Both the position numbers and the translations under genes were made by a program. The notes below the pieces were generated by a model. That model was given only the letters and a program-made list of their open reading frames with translations, did no database searches and was not told the origin of the DNA. From positions 1 to 64,000 of IMG/VR virus record IMGVR_UViG_3300014204_000124: a stretch of DNA of 64,000 bases; one strand, written 5' to 3'. How positions within the stretch are numbered: the first letter of the stretch is position 1; every line of letters begins with the position of its first letter. This document shows positions 31,087 through 39,728 of this stretch, piece by piece. The stretch comes from a virus. Its lineage: Duplodnaviria > Caudoviricetes.

Positions 31087-32072
31087 ACACGCTGGGGCGT
31101 TTCAGACTTGTAGTGGAGGCGGTGGGGCGGGTGTCCTATTCCATGGATAGGTATCGGAAGACTCTGGATTCTGTGATGTTGCATTGGGCGGAGATTGCCT
31201 ACGACAAGGTGCAAGCTGCGAAGGCGTCACCTCCTGATTGGGGGGCATTGGTAAGAGACGTGAGGGATTTGCTGGGTGATGCTGCTGCTTCTGTTATGGA
31301 CCCGAAGGGGGGCAAATGGGTGTCACCATTGGTGGTCCAGTTGTTGCGAAATCGTTCTACTGAAGACTACGCGAAGTATCGGGACGTATACAAGCGATTG
31401 CTGGCGTTTGAAGATTCTGTGGCAGATGTTAGGTCTTGGGCAGAGACGGTGAAACAGACGAAGGCCGAGGCCGCCGATATAGCCAAGTTGACTGAGCGTG
31501 AATTGCGAACAGCGGCGAAGTTGGTGGGGGCCGCTATAGGTAGGGTGGAAGCTTGGGGAGGTTCTGAGGTAGCGGTAGAAGTAGCGGAGCCGGGTGAATC
31601 GTTTGAGAAGCCGGTAACCACGTTCGAGGTGAGAGTAGGGCCGAAGGCGGGGTTCACCTTGTTTCTGGACAAGGGCGAGGTTTCTGTAGATGATGTACTT
31701 GACGCTGGGGATGATGATTTCTTTGCCACTGTTGGGGAATCGGCTGACTACTTCTCATTGGTGAAGGAATTAGAGCAGCCAGGGGCAACGTCGAAGGGAA
31801 AGACATTGGTGCTGTATACCGCACGTCCGGCGAAGGACCGGAAGCAGTTTGAAGGGGCCAAGAAGTTGCCGGTTGGGTTGTTTTTGACTTCTACGCTGAA
31901 CGATGCAGAGGGGATTGGCTCTGATTTTGGCGGGCGTGACATTTGGAAGGTGTGGATTGACGACAGGTATTTGATGCAGATGTTGAATGCCGGTGGCGTA
32001 AGGCATTATCAGGTGGTGGGGCGTGAGCCAGCGCCAATGAAGCGAGCGATGGAGCGTATTGGAGGTGATTGA
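31083..32072 (+). CDS. Leader-tagged putative capsid-internal protein; C-terminal ADP-ribosyltransferase-like segment (tentative)
   Basis: MNTLGRFRLVVEA leader; LVLYTAR...GLFLTS..NDA pattern. Confidence 0.5.
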   Translation: MNTLGRFRLVVEAVGRVSYSMDRYRKTLDSVMLHWAEIAYDKVQAAKASPPDWGALVRDVRDLLGDAAASVMDPKGGKWVSPLVVQLLRNRSTEDYAKYRDVYKRLLAFEDSVADVRSWAETVKQTKAEAADIAKLTERELRTAAKLVGAAIGRVEAWGGSEVAVEVAEPGESFEKPVTTFEVRVGPKAGFTLFLDKGEVSVDDVLDAGDDDFFATVGESADYFSLVKELEQPGATSKGKTLVLYTARPAKDRKQFEGAKKLPVGLFLTSTLNDAEGIGSDFGGRDIWKVWIDDRYLMQMLNAGGVRHYQVVGREPAPMKRAMERIGGD

Positions 32073-32398
32073 TGAACCAGTTAGACAGGCTGAGGTTATT
32101 GGTGGAAGCCAGTCAGCGGGGGGTTGCTCCTCGTACTGGGGAAGGCAAGGATATTCCGTCGTGGCGTCAGACGCTGAACAACGCACTGACTTATTCGTTT
32201 GTGAACACGAATGTTTATCTCATTGTTGACGTTTTCAAGGACGGCGAGAAGGATACGACTGTGTCCGGCAGTGCGTCTAGGCTTTCCAGTTGGCTGGCCG
32301 ATTTCCAGAAAACGAGTGGTGATGCTCGGGTCTCGGTTGAGATCAAGGCATTTTCTACGGATCGCAATTGGTCCAGGTCTAAGGCTGACGAGGTGTAA
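32072..32398 (+). CDS. Leader-tagged putative capsid-internal protein
   Basis: MNQLDRLRLLVEA leader; SD GGAGG. Confidence 0.65.
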   Translation: MNQLDRLRLLVEASQRGVAPRTGEGKDIPSWRQTLNNALTYSFVNTNVYLIVDVFKDGEKDTTVSGSASRLSSWLADFQKTSGDARVSVEIKAFSTDRNWSRSKADEV

Positions 32399-32403
32399 CT
32401 CGG

Positions 32404-33087
32404 ATGATCCGTTACGGGAACAGGGCCAGGAAGGTGTCAGACGGGACGTTGACGCATTGGTCTAGCGTTGGCGGGTATGACCCTTCGATGGCCCAGCATC
32501 CGGCTGCACTGAACCCGGCACTCTATACGGACTTTGCTGCGTGTGCGTTCTTTGTCGATAACGTATGCGGGTGGGACGACCTAGTCTTTCCTGCTGTTGG
32601 GGTGAATCTGATTGGGCCTGCGGTTGACCCAACGGCAAACTTGACCTATATGACGCTGGATTTTACTGATGCTAAGGACTGCGTTGTTCATGTAACGTAT
32701 CAAATGCCGCATAGTTGGAAGGTTGGTTCAAATGTCAACTTCCATATCCATTGGCAACCGTCGAATACGGACGTTGGAAGTTGCAACTGGGAGGTTCGGT
32801 ATCAGTGGCGGAACGCTACAGGAGACGTTGCTTCGGCGGCGGTCTCGGCTTGGGCTCTTGTGCCGAAGGCCGTGACGCCTGGGGGTGTGGCGAGAGTAGC
32901 GCAAATGGATACCCTTGCCAGCTTCATCGGAACTGGTAAAGGGGTGTCTTCTCTGCTACAGATAGAATTGCGAAGGCTCGGGACGACAGACGCTTTCACT
33001 GGAGATGCAATGCTGGTTTCGCTGGACTTGCACTATCAGATTGACACCGCTGGTTCTGTTACCGAGAGTAGCAAATATGGGTTATAG
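32404..33087 (+). CDS. Beta-rich putative virion protein
   Basis: WDDL.FP ... QMPHSWK.GS....HIHW ... LDLHY.ID..GS pattern seen in phage structural proteins. Confidence 0.5.
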   Translation: MIRYGNRARKVSDGTLTHWSSVGGYDPSMAQHPAALNPALYTDFAACAFFVDNVCGWDDLVFPAVGVNLIGPAVDPTANLTYMTLDFTDAKDCVVHVTYQMPHSWKVGSNVNFHIHWQPSNTDVGSCNWEVRYQWRNATGDVASAAVSAWALVPKAVTPGGVARVAQMDTLASFIGTGKGVSSLLQIELRRLGTTDAFTGDAMLVSLDLHYQIDTAGSVTESSKYGL

Positions 33088-33137
33088 GTTCAGCATGGCG
33101 GGCCTGGGTTGGCCCTTGAGGATATACGAGGTGTAGT

Positions 33138-34475
33138 GTGGACGTTGTTGATCGATTCCGAATGGTGGTAGAGAGCAAGGCTATTGGGGCCGACAAGTCG
33201 GAAGAGATGGTTCGACGAGGTCTGAACACGTTTTCTGGGATGTACGATATTGCGTTGGAACAGTGGTTCTTGCGGGTGAACCGGCGGGAAGATGGGAAGG
33301 CTCGGAGTAGTCTGTTGCCGGGGAAAGCTAAGAAGGCATTGGCGAAGGTTTCGGCGTCTGTGAAGGCTTCGGTGAAGCCAGGGATGAGTGTGAAGCGGTG
33401 CTGGGGATTGTGGAAGGCAGCGGCGGCGGAAGCGTTTAGCGGGGAAGAGTACAAGAGTTTGTATGATAGCAAATGGGGTGAGTTGAAGCGAGCCAACGCC
33501 CAGTTGGACGCGTATTTTCGAGCCGCCAGTGACGGCGCAACGGAGGGTCTTATGAGAGATTTAGATAGGTTGAGAATGATTCTGGAAGCGGCTGACAAGA
33601 GTGTGACGAGGGTGAGGATATTGGCTCAGGCGCAGTCGGTCGAGGTCTGGGATAAGGACCGTCTTGTCATGGATTCCGAGAAGACCGATTTCCCGTTTGA
33701 GCCGAACTGGAAGGATTTACCAGGACTTGTAAAGCGTTGCCAGAAGGCATGGCCGAAGGCGAAAGTGGAGTTGAACGAATCGTTCGAATCTGACACGTTG
33801 AACCAACTTTTGGATATGGAAGTCGAACCTTCCCTGACAGAAGAGGGTGTCTCTGCGGACGGTTCTGCGATGATCGTCTTGAAGCTGGATTCTGAGTGGA
33901 AGAAGACGCAGAAGGCGTTGGTGGTAGTTGTCACGAAGGGGTTGGCAGCGGTGAATGCTTGGGCGAAGCAGCAGGGGCTGAAGTTCAAGAAGGCAGCGAA
34001 TCTGTTTGGCGGGGAGTACGTTGACGGGGAAGGCAACTTCTATGTGGCGTACCCTAAAATGCTGAAGGATGGTGCGGCTGAAGGCGGGCGTGTTGCTTGG
34101 GCTGAAGATGAGGACCGTGAGCCTGCGAATCTGGACGAAGCATCTGTGCCGCAGAAGTCGGAGGAAGCGTTCATTGCACCTATGGCGAAGGTAACGGGGA
34201 CGAAGTTCAAGTTGGGCCGAACGGTGATGACTGCCGGGGTCAATGCTGAGATTCAGGATACACCGGCTCTGGGTGGCTGGGTGGCTCAGTGTTTGCAGCG
34301 GCACGCCAAGGGCGACTGGGGCGACATTGACAAGGAAGACGAGGGTGAGAACGACAAGGCGTTGCAGAGCGGCGGGCGGCTCTTCTCCGTCTACAAGAAG
34401 GGGCGTGTAAAGATCTGGATTATCACAGAGGCAGATCGTAGTTCGACGACGGTGCTATTCCCGGATGAATACTAG
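33138..34475 (+). CDS. Multi-module leader-tagged protein with a second in-frame leader/start at 33552
   Basis: MDVVDRFRMVVES; internal SD GGAGGG plus ATG giving MRDLDRLRMILEA; C-terminal RH..GDWGD...WIITEADRSSTTVLFPDEY domain. Confidence 0.75.
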   Translation: MDVVDRFRMVVESKAIGADKSEEMVRRGLNTFSGMYDIALEQWFLRVNRREDGKARSSLLPGKAKKALAKVSASVKASVKPGMSVKRCWGLWKAAAAEAFSGEEYKSLYDSKWGELKRANAQLDAYFRAASDGATEGLMRDLDRLRMILEAADKSVTRVRILAQAQSVEVWDKDRLVMDSEKTDFPFEPNWKDLPGLVKRCQKAWPKAKVELNESFESDTLNQLLDMEVEPSLTEEGVSADGSAMIVLKLDSEWKKTQKALVVVVTKGLAAVNAWAKQQGLKFKKAANLFGGEYVDGEGNFYVAYPKMLKDGAAEGGRVAWAEDEDREPANLDEASVPQKSEEAFIAPMAKVTGTKFKLGRTVMTAGVNAEIQDTPALGGWVAQCLQRHAKGDWGDIDKEDEGENDKALQSGGRLFSVYKKGRVKIWIITEADRSSTTVLFPDEY

Positions 34476-34483
34476 GGGGTGCC

Positions 34484-36718
34484 ATGAAAGCGATTGACCG
34501 GCTTGTGCGGGTGTTAGGGGAAGCGTTCGCAGACAGGGCAGAAGAGAGGGCTATGGTCTCTAATTTTGAGTCTGCGTTAAAGGCGTGGGTGAAGTCTTCC
34601 CCGAAAGAGTGGGGAGCGCGTGTTTCTGTACTAACGCCCATTATGAAGCGGTACGCTGGCACAGAGTTCCCGTTCTTGGTGATATTCGACGGGATATCTA
34701 GCGAAGGTCGCCCTGTCTCGTTCAAGTTGACGTATATCACAGCGGAGACGGCGGGGGGGTCTGGCGACGGTGGTATGGAGGTTGCTGCCCAGCATGGTGT
34801 TCCTGTGTGGAAGGGCCGTCGTTTCGACCGTTTATTTGTAGGTGACTTCAAGACTATCTGGCCCGAGTGGCTTGCGCATTGGGACGTTCGGATAAAGGCC
34901 GATATTGAGTCTGGGATTGAGGGAGGGAAGTTTGTTCTTGAGTCTTCCGATGACGAGTCGAATCTGACTGAGGCGGCGATAACAGGGGACAGTCTGTATG
35001 GCCCTGGGAAGGCTGCAAGCAAGTTCGTGAGGAAGCTGGATGTAACAGAGGCGGTGTTTCAACTGACCAAGTATTCTCTGCTGAATCCAGGTGTGATCAC
35101 GCTTGGCGGGAAGGCGGCGAAGGCAGTGTTTCGGGTGTCTGGCTACATTTTGATTGGTTTACCAGGGCGGGTGACGTTTTCAGCGGATTTTGACGATGTA
35201 GCGGTTCAAGTTGATATGGTGCTGGACGGGGAGAAGGCTACGGCGAAGGGTGCCACGGTTGCTTCTGGGATAGACTACGGGGACGCTATTGACGCTGAGG
35301 ATCTCATTGAGAAGCATCTTACGGATGGTGATGCTCTGAAGTTCTACGCCGATTTTTTTGATGATATTCAGGCGAAAGAGGTAGCCAAGGCAAGGGACGC
35401 TGAGGCTGCGAAGCATCCCGCACCTAAGTTTCGGGTTGGTGACAGAGTCTGGTTGCTCGACGACAAGTCTCGGGCTAGGGCTATGAAGTCGAAGGGGCTG
35501 TTCCGTATCGCGAAGTATCTGGGGATTAACACCGACATCCGGGGGGATGCTCACCAATATGAGATTGCTCTTCCTGGAGGAGTGCCGACAGCCGAGTACA
35601 CTAAGCGTTACGAAGGAGAACTTCGTGCTGCGACGTATGCGGAGATGAAGGCGTTTGAGAAGTTGAAGAAGGCGGTGAAGGAGGAGTTTGGAGAAGCGTC
35701 GGCAATGGACGTGACGGTGGTCACTCCTGACAACGAGTTGTCCGATTCGGAGTTGGCTGCCAGGATCAAGTCTTACGGCATCGACAGAAGGGCTGCATGG
35801 AGTCAGTTTGTCATAGCGAGGTCTTTGTCTCCACGTATGGATGCGAAGGACTTCATGGCTATTTTCGATGGAGTTTCGGCAAACCCTCACAAGAAGACGG
35901 TTCGGGTGGATTTCGAGCCTACGCATAGGTCAAAAGACAATCAGGGGCTGACGTGTATGGTGACCCAGCGTCTTCCCCAGCAGGTCCGCTATGTCTTGAG
36001 TCACGGGGGAACAGGGGCAGACCCAGTGTCTATGTTTGAAAAGGGGTGGATACCCATTGGTAAGTCTGAGTCCGTTTCCGAATCAGCGCCCAGTCCGAAA
36101 GCTGAGTGTTTCGAGGTGATGGGGAAGTTGTGGGCAGCGGTATTGAAGAAGACAGGTGCGGAGAAGGTTGCCGAGAAACTGAGCGGGGATGGTGCGAAGC
36201 CGTTCCAGGTCAACCTCGTGTTCATGGTTTCGGATCTGGCTGCCGACGTTCGCAATGCACCTATCGGACGGGGCATTCGCCAGTTCGGGCGTGGTCCTGG
36301 AGGGAGGCTCGGGATTGATCCGCCCGAATTGAGTCTGGAGGCTGCGAAGTGGTGGTATGACCAGACGGATGCGGTGCAATACACGATGACACGGGCGATT
36401 CTTGCGGAGTTTGCCAAATCCAAGGGAATCACCTATGACAAGAAGAAGATGATTGAGAGCGAGGACGAGTCTGAGCGGATGTTGATTGTCACCGATCTCG
36501 ACAGTCTGTATGCGAAGGCTCTGGCTGTGGACCGTCCGAAGAATTCCAATGTTCTGGAGACGGTTCGGCAGTTCTTGAAGCGTGTGCCTGGGTCTAAGCA
36601 ATATGAGTCCAGTGCGACGGGGGGGGAGGCTCCTACGGAAGCCGAGTTGACCTCTTGGGTTGGTGTTTTGAAGCGTTTTTTCTCTGACAACGGAGTGGAC
36701 TGCGGCTGCGAAGGCTAA
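34484..36718 (+). CDS. 744-aa multi-module leader-tagged protein
   Basis: MKAIDRLVRVLGEA leader; modules separated by acidic LxE|S/A linkers. Confidence 0.75.
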   Translation: MKAIDRLVRVLGEAFADRAEERAMVSNFESALKAWVKSSPKEWGARVSVLTPIMKRYAGTEFPFLVIFDGISSEGRPVSFKLTYITAETAGGSGDGGMEVAAQHGVPVWKGRRFDRLFVGDFKTIWPEWLAHWDVRIKADIESGIEGGKFVLESSDDESNLTEAAITGDSLYGPGKAASKFVRKLDVTEAVFQLTKYSLLNPGVITLGGKAAKAVFRVSGYILIGLPGRVTFSADFDDVAVQVDMVLDGEKATAKGATVASGIDYGDAIDAEDLIEKHLTDGDALKFYADFFDDIQAKEVAKARDAEAAKHPAPKFRVGDRVWLLDDKSRARAMKSKGLFRIAKYLGINTDIRGDAHQYEIALPGGVPTAEYTKRYEGELRAATYAEMKAFEKLKKAVKEEFGEASAMDVTVVTPDNELSDSELAARIKSYGIDRRAAWSQFVIARSLSPRMDAKDFMAIFDGVSANPHKKTVRVDFEPTHRSKDNQGLTCMVTQRLPQQVRYVLSHGGTGADPVSMFEKGWIPIGKSESVSESAPSPKAECFEVMGKLWAAVLKKTGAEKVAEKLSGDGAKPFQVNLVFMVSDLAADVRNAPIGRGIRQFGRGPGGRLGIDPPELSLEAAKWWYDQTDAVQYTMTRAILAEFAKSKGITYDKKKMIESEDESERMLIVTDLDSLYAKALAVDRPKNSNVLETVRQFLKRVPGSKQYESSATGGEAPTEAELTSWVGVLKRFFSDNGVDCGCEG

Positions 36719-36725
36719 TTTATGC

Positions 36726-36753
36726 TTGACTACTCTCACGGTTCGATTATGCT
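36726..36753 (+). promoter_or_regulatory. Promoter family copy (divergent downstream of -10)
   Basis: TTGAC-N17-TATGCT. Confidence 0.75.
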
Positions 36754-36778
36754 ATGTCGTGAACGGTGAGGGGAAGAC

Positions 36779-37186
36779 GTGATGATAGCGTTATTAGCGG
36801 TTGCGGCGGTCGTTTGGTGGTCCTTGATGGGCTTTCCTACGGCTCCGGTGCTTGCGCTATCACCCCCACTACTTGCCAACCTTCAGCCAATACTGAGCAG
36901 GGAGGGGTCCGTTGCTAGGATAGCAGGGGTGTGGTACAGGAAGTTCATTCTTCCACCGCCCCCTCTGTATGCTACATGTGGTCTTGGGACGCCTACGAAC
37001 GTTAACGGTGCGATTTTGATTGGGGGGGCGGAGAGCCGCCCCCGTGCTATAGGGGGAAAGGATGTGGTGGTATCTGTTGGTTTCGTTTGGGGTGACTCAG
37101 ATTCTAACGACGAGCAAATTGTTTGGGCCGTGGCGCAATCGATTTCGTGCCAGGGTGGAGCGTTCTATGCGAGCGAGGGGATGTGA
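36779..37186 (+). CDS. Hypothetical protein with N-terminal hydrophobic segment
   Basis: First ORF after promoter, SD GAGGGG; overlaps next ORF by 125 bp. Confidence 0.4.
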   Translation: MMIALLAVAAVVWWSLMGFPTAPVLALSPPLLANLQPILSREGSVARIAGVWYRKFILPPPPLYATCGLGTPTNVNGAILIGGAESRPRAIGGKDVVVSVGFVWGDSDSNDEQIVWAVAQSISCQGGAFYASEGM

Positions 37187-37436
37187 GGAGCAAGAGGTCC
37201 AGCGTTTTGCCGGGTATCTGGAGTGTCCGATGTGCGTGGGTGTTCCGGTGGGATTCGTTCTTTCCCAGGTCATGGGTGTCTACGCTTCTTTGGGGGGTTG
37301 GGTGGACCTACTGGGGGAAGGGTTCTGGGGCGAGGTTGTGTTCTTTGGAGTAGGTGGTCTGTTGGCGTCGTTTGCCGTCTCTGGTACAGCGTATGTTTTC
37401 ACGATGCTTGGACGGGTGTTGGAGAACCATGAGTAG
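37062..37436 (+). CDS. DUF1360-like membrane protein
   Basis: Hydrophobic helices and LECPMCVGV motif. Confidence 0.6.
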   Translation: MWWYLLVSFGVTQILTTSKLFGPWRNRFRARVERSMRARGCEEQEVQRFAGYLECPMCVGVPVGFVLSQVMGVYASLGGWVDLLGEGFWGEVVFFGVGGLLASFAVSGTAYVFTMLGRVLENHE

Positions 37437-37743
37437 GTGGTCGAGAGGCATTTTGCGAACTACCTATTTGCTGGCCCGCAGGGATGCAAACCATCCATGG
37501 CGAGTGTATCGGAAGGAGCGGTGGCGTCCGCGCCATCAGATATTGCGTGTGGAGTCAATAGAGGTTCGAGAGTTTGTTGAAGTGACGGATCGTGCTTCGT
37601 GGGACGAGGTTATCCGGTTGCGAAAGTCTGCGGCGAAGTTGAATGAGCAGGCTCGTGCGTTGGTTCGTCGAGTGAAGGCGACAGCAGAGTACGAGGCGTG
37701 GGAGAAGAGCGTTGAACCATATATCGGGAAGAGGCTGCTGTGA
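37429..37743 (+). CDS. Hypothetical basic protein
   Basis: SD GGAG; coupled to neighbours. Confidence 0.55.
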   Translation: MSRWSRGILRTTYLLARRDANHPWRVYRKERWRPRHQILRVESIEVREFVEVTDRASWDEVIRLRKSAAKLNEQARALVRRVKATAEYEAWEKSVEPYIGKRLL

Positions 37744-38372
37744 TTGTTACGATATGCCGCAAGCCTTTATCGGGAACTGTGGCTGCCAATGTCGAGCAAT
37801 GGCAGACGGGTGGGGTCAACGTTGACGGATGCCGTATTGGTACGACGAAGGACATTCCTTGGGGGTCTCCAAAATCAGTTGCTGCCAGTACGCATACCGT
37901 TTCAATGCCAGCGGGACGATTGACGGATAGTGCTTTTGATCCAAACATAGGCAGATGGCCTGCGAACTTCATTTTACAGCATAGTGCCGAATGCACTTGT
38001 GCTGGGGAGATAGAGGTAAAGTCCCAAAATGCAGTATTCAAAAATACAGAGGCGGGTAAAATAAATAACCATATTTATAGTGGGGGCATGAAAAGGAGGG
38101 GAAGGGGGGAGTATGGCCACGCGAACCAGAATGGTCTCAATACCATTCTGGATTGGGACTGCTCTGAGGGGTGCCCTGTGGGGGGGTTGAATGCTCAAAG
38201 CGGGGTTTGTTCCTCGACCTTATATGGGAGGATTCCCTATGGCGAGACAAGGCCAAATCCGGGCAAAACGGATAAGTCTCCCCTAGTTTACGGTGCTGGT
38301 CTTAATGCCCTGGTGTCAAACGTCTATTCAGATTCCGGGGGAGCCGCTCGGTTCTTTAAGCAGGTGAAGTGA
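37740..38372 (+). CDS. Stand-alone fragment of a phage N4/N6 DNA methyltransferase (insert region only)
   Basis: RKPLSGTVAANV...GGVNVDGCRI, GRWPANFIL, DSGGAARFFK; no DPPY or FxGxG motif. Confidence 0.65.
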   Translation: MIVTICRKPLSGTVAANVEQWQTGGVNVDGCRIGTTKDIPWGSPKSVAASTHTVSMPAGRLTDSAFDPNIGRWPANFILQHSAECTCAGEIEVKSQNAVFKNTEAGKINNHIYSGGMKRRGRGEYGHANQNGLNTILDWDCSEGCPVGGLNAQSGVCSSTLYGRIPYGETRPNPGKTDKSPLVYGAGLNALVSNVYSDSGGAARFFKQVK

Positions 38373-38423
38373 GCGGGTTCGCAACCCGATATTCGGGGCC
38401 GTTTCTTTTCCGAAAATAAATCC

Positions 38424-38455
38424 TTGACTTCTCCGGTGAGCTGATTATGCTGTAA
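38424..38455 (+). promoter_or_regulatory. Promoter family copy with leader hairpin and TGACAGC
   Basis: TTGAC-N17-TATGCTGTAA; GTCTGGT-AGAGGA-ACCGGAC, then TGACAGC. Confidence 0.9.
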
Positions 38456-38500
38456 GAGTCTGGTAGAGGAACCGGACATTGACAGCTTTCGGAGGACATC

Positions 38501-39728
38501 ATGTATGAAGTAGAAAATCTGAAGACTGGGGAATGTCGAGTCTCCTTCACGCTAAAGGATGCGAGGGAGATCGCCAGAGGCAAGACTCACTACGCGATAT
38601 GGGAAGGGGAGCTGGATGAGTTGGATGACGGAGGGTTCTATGGGAATCGTCGTGTGGAGCTTTGCGATCCTTACGAGGGAGACGACGACAGAGTGAAGCA
38701 GGCGTTGGGCCAGTCCGATTCAGTTCGATAACAGCTAGGAGGATATTATGAACAGAGAAATCAGAAATGCTTCTCCCAAGATCCTTCATGCTTTGCGTGC
38801 GTTGGATGCTTCGGAGCATACCGGATACAACGCATTGATCCCGGAGGGCCGTGAGAAGGCTGCGTGGGAACTGCTTTGCAGTGACCCGTGTGTGGTTCAA
38901 GTCGAGGCGATCTTCTACGGAGAGTTGTCTGACTCTGCGATGATGGGGTGAGCTATGACTTTGGACGATGCGAAAAACTGGGTCGTTGAAGCGGTGCGTG
39001 CGGGCCGCTTCGGACGGGCACGCGATCTGTATAAAGAGAATTGTTTCCTGTGTGGCCGGGAAACGATTGAAGCCGTTTGGGCCACGGGTGCGATTTCGAA
39101 GCGGCAATTGAAGCGATACTTCGGCGTGAAGGTCGTTTCTCTGGATGCCGAGGACGCTGTCTGTGAGCACGGGATGTTTGCCAGCGACGTTGAATACTTG
39201 CGTCGTGAGGCGTGGTCGCATGGGATAATGTGGTCAGATGTCAAGACGATTTTTGCTGACAGTGACAGGAAAATTGCTGCGAAAGTGAAACGGTTCAACG
39301 ACAAGTTTGAACGGGAATTGCAGCGTCGTGGAATGTTCTAGTTGGCTAAGGAGAATGGAATGGGGACAAATTACTACATGGAGCGAGGGGTTTGCCCTCA
39401 TTGCGACAAGTCTGAATTCGAGTTTCACATTGGCAAGTCTTCTATGGGGTGGGCGTTCACGTTACACGTCTATCCGGGGGGTGATTCTGGCTGGGCTGAT
39501 TCTCCAGAGACAAAGGGTTTCCCGCCCCGAACGTGGGAAGAGTGGAAGACAGAGTTGATGGTTCCGGGGACTCGTGTTGTTAACGAGTATGGGGATTGTG
39601 TTGCGTTCGATGAATTTGTGGAGACGGTAGAAGCCAGAGGGACTTCGTTTCGTCGGCATGATATCGGGCAATTTTGCCTGAGCCACGGGGAAGGGTCGTG
39701 GGATAATTGTACGGGGGTGTTCTCATGA
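38501..39728 (+). other. Hypothetical CDSs 38501-38731, 38748-38951, 38955-39341, 39360-39728
   Basis: SD-led ORFs; last has MGTNYY...HIGKSS.GW.F pattern common in phages. Confidence 0.6.
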
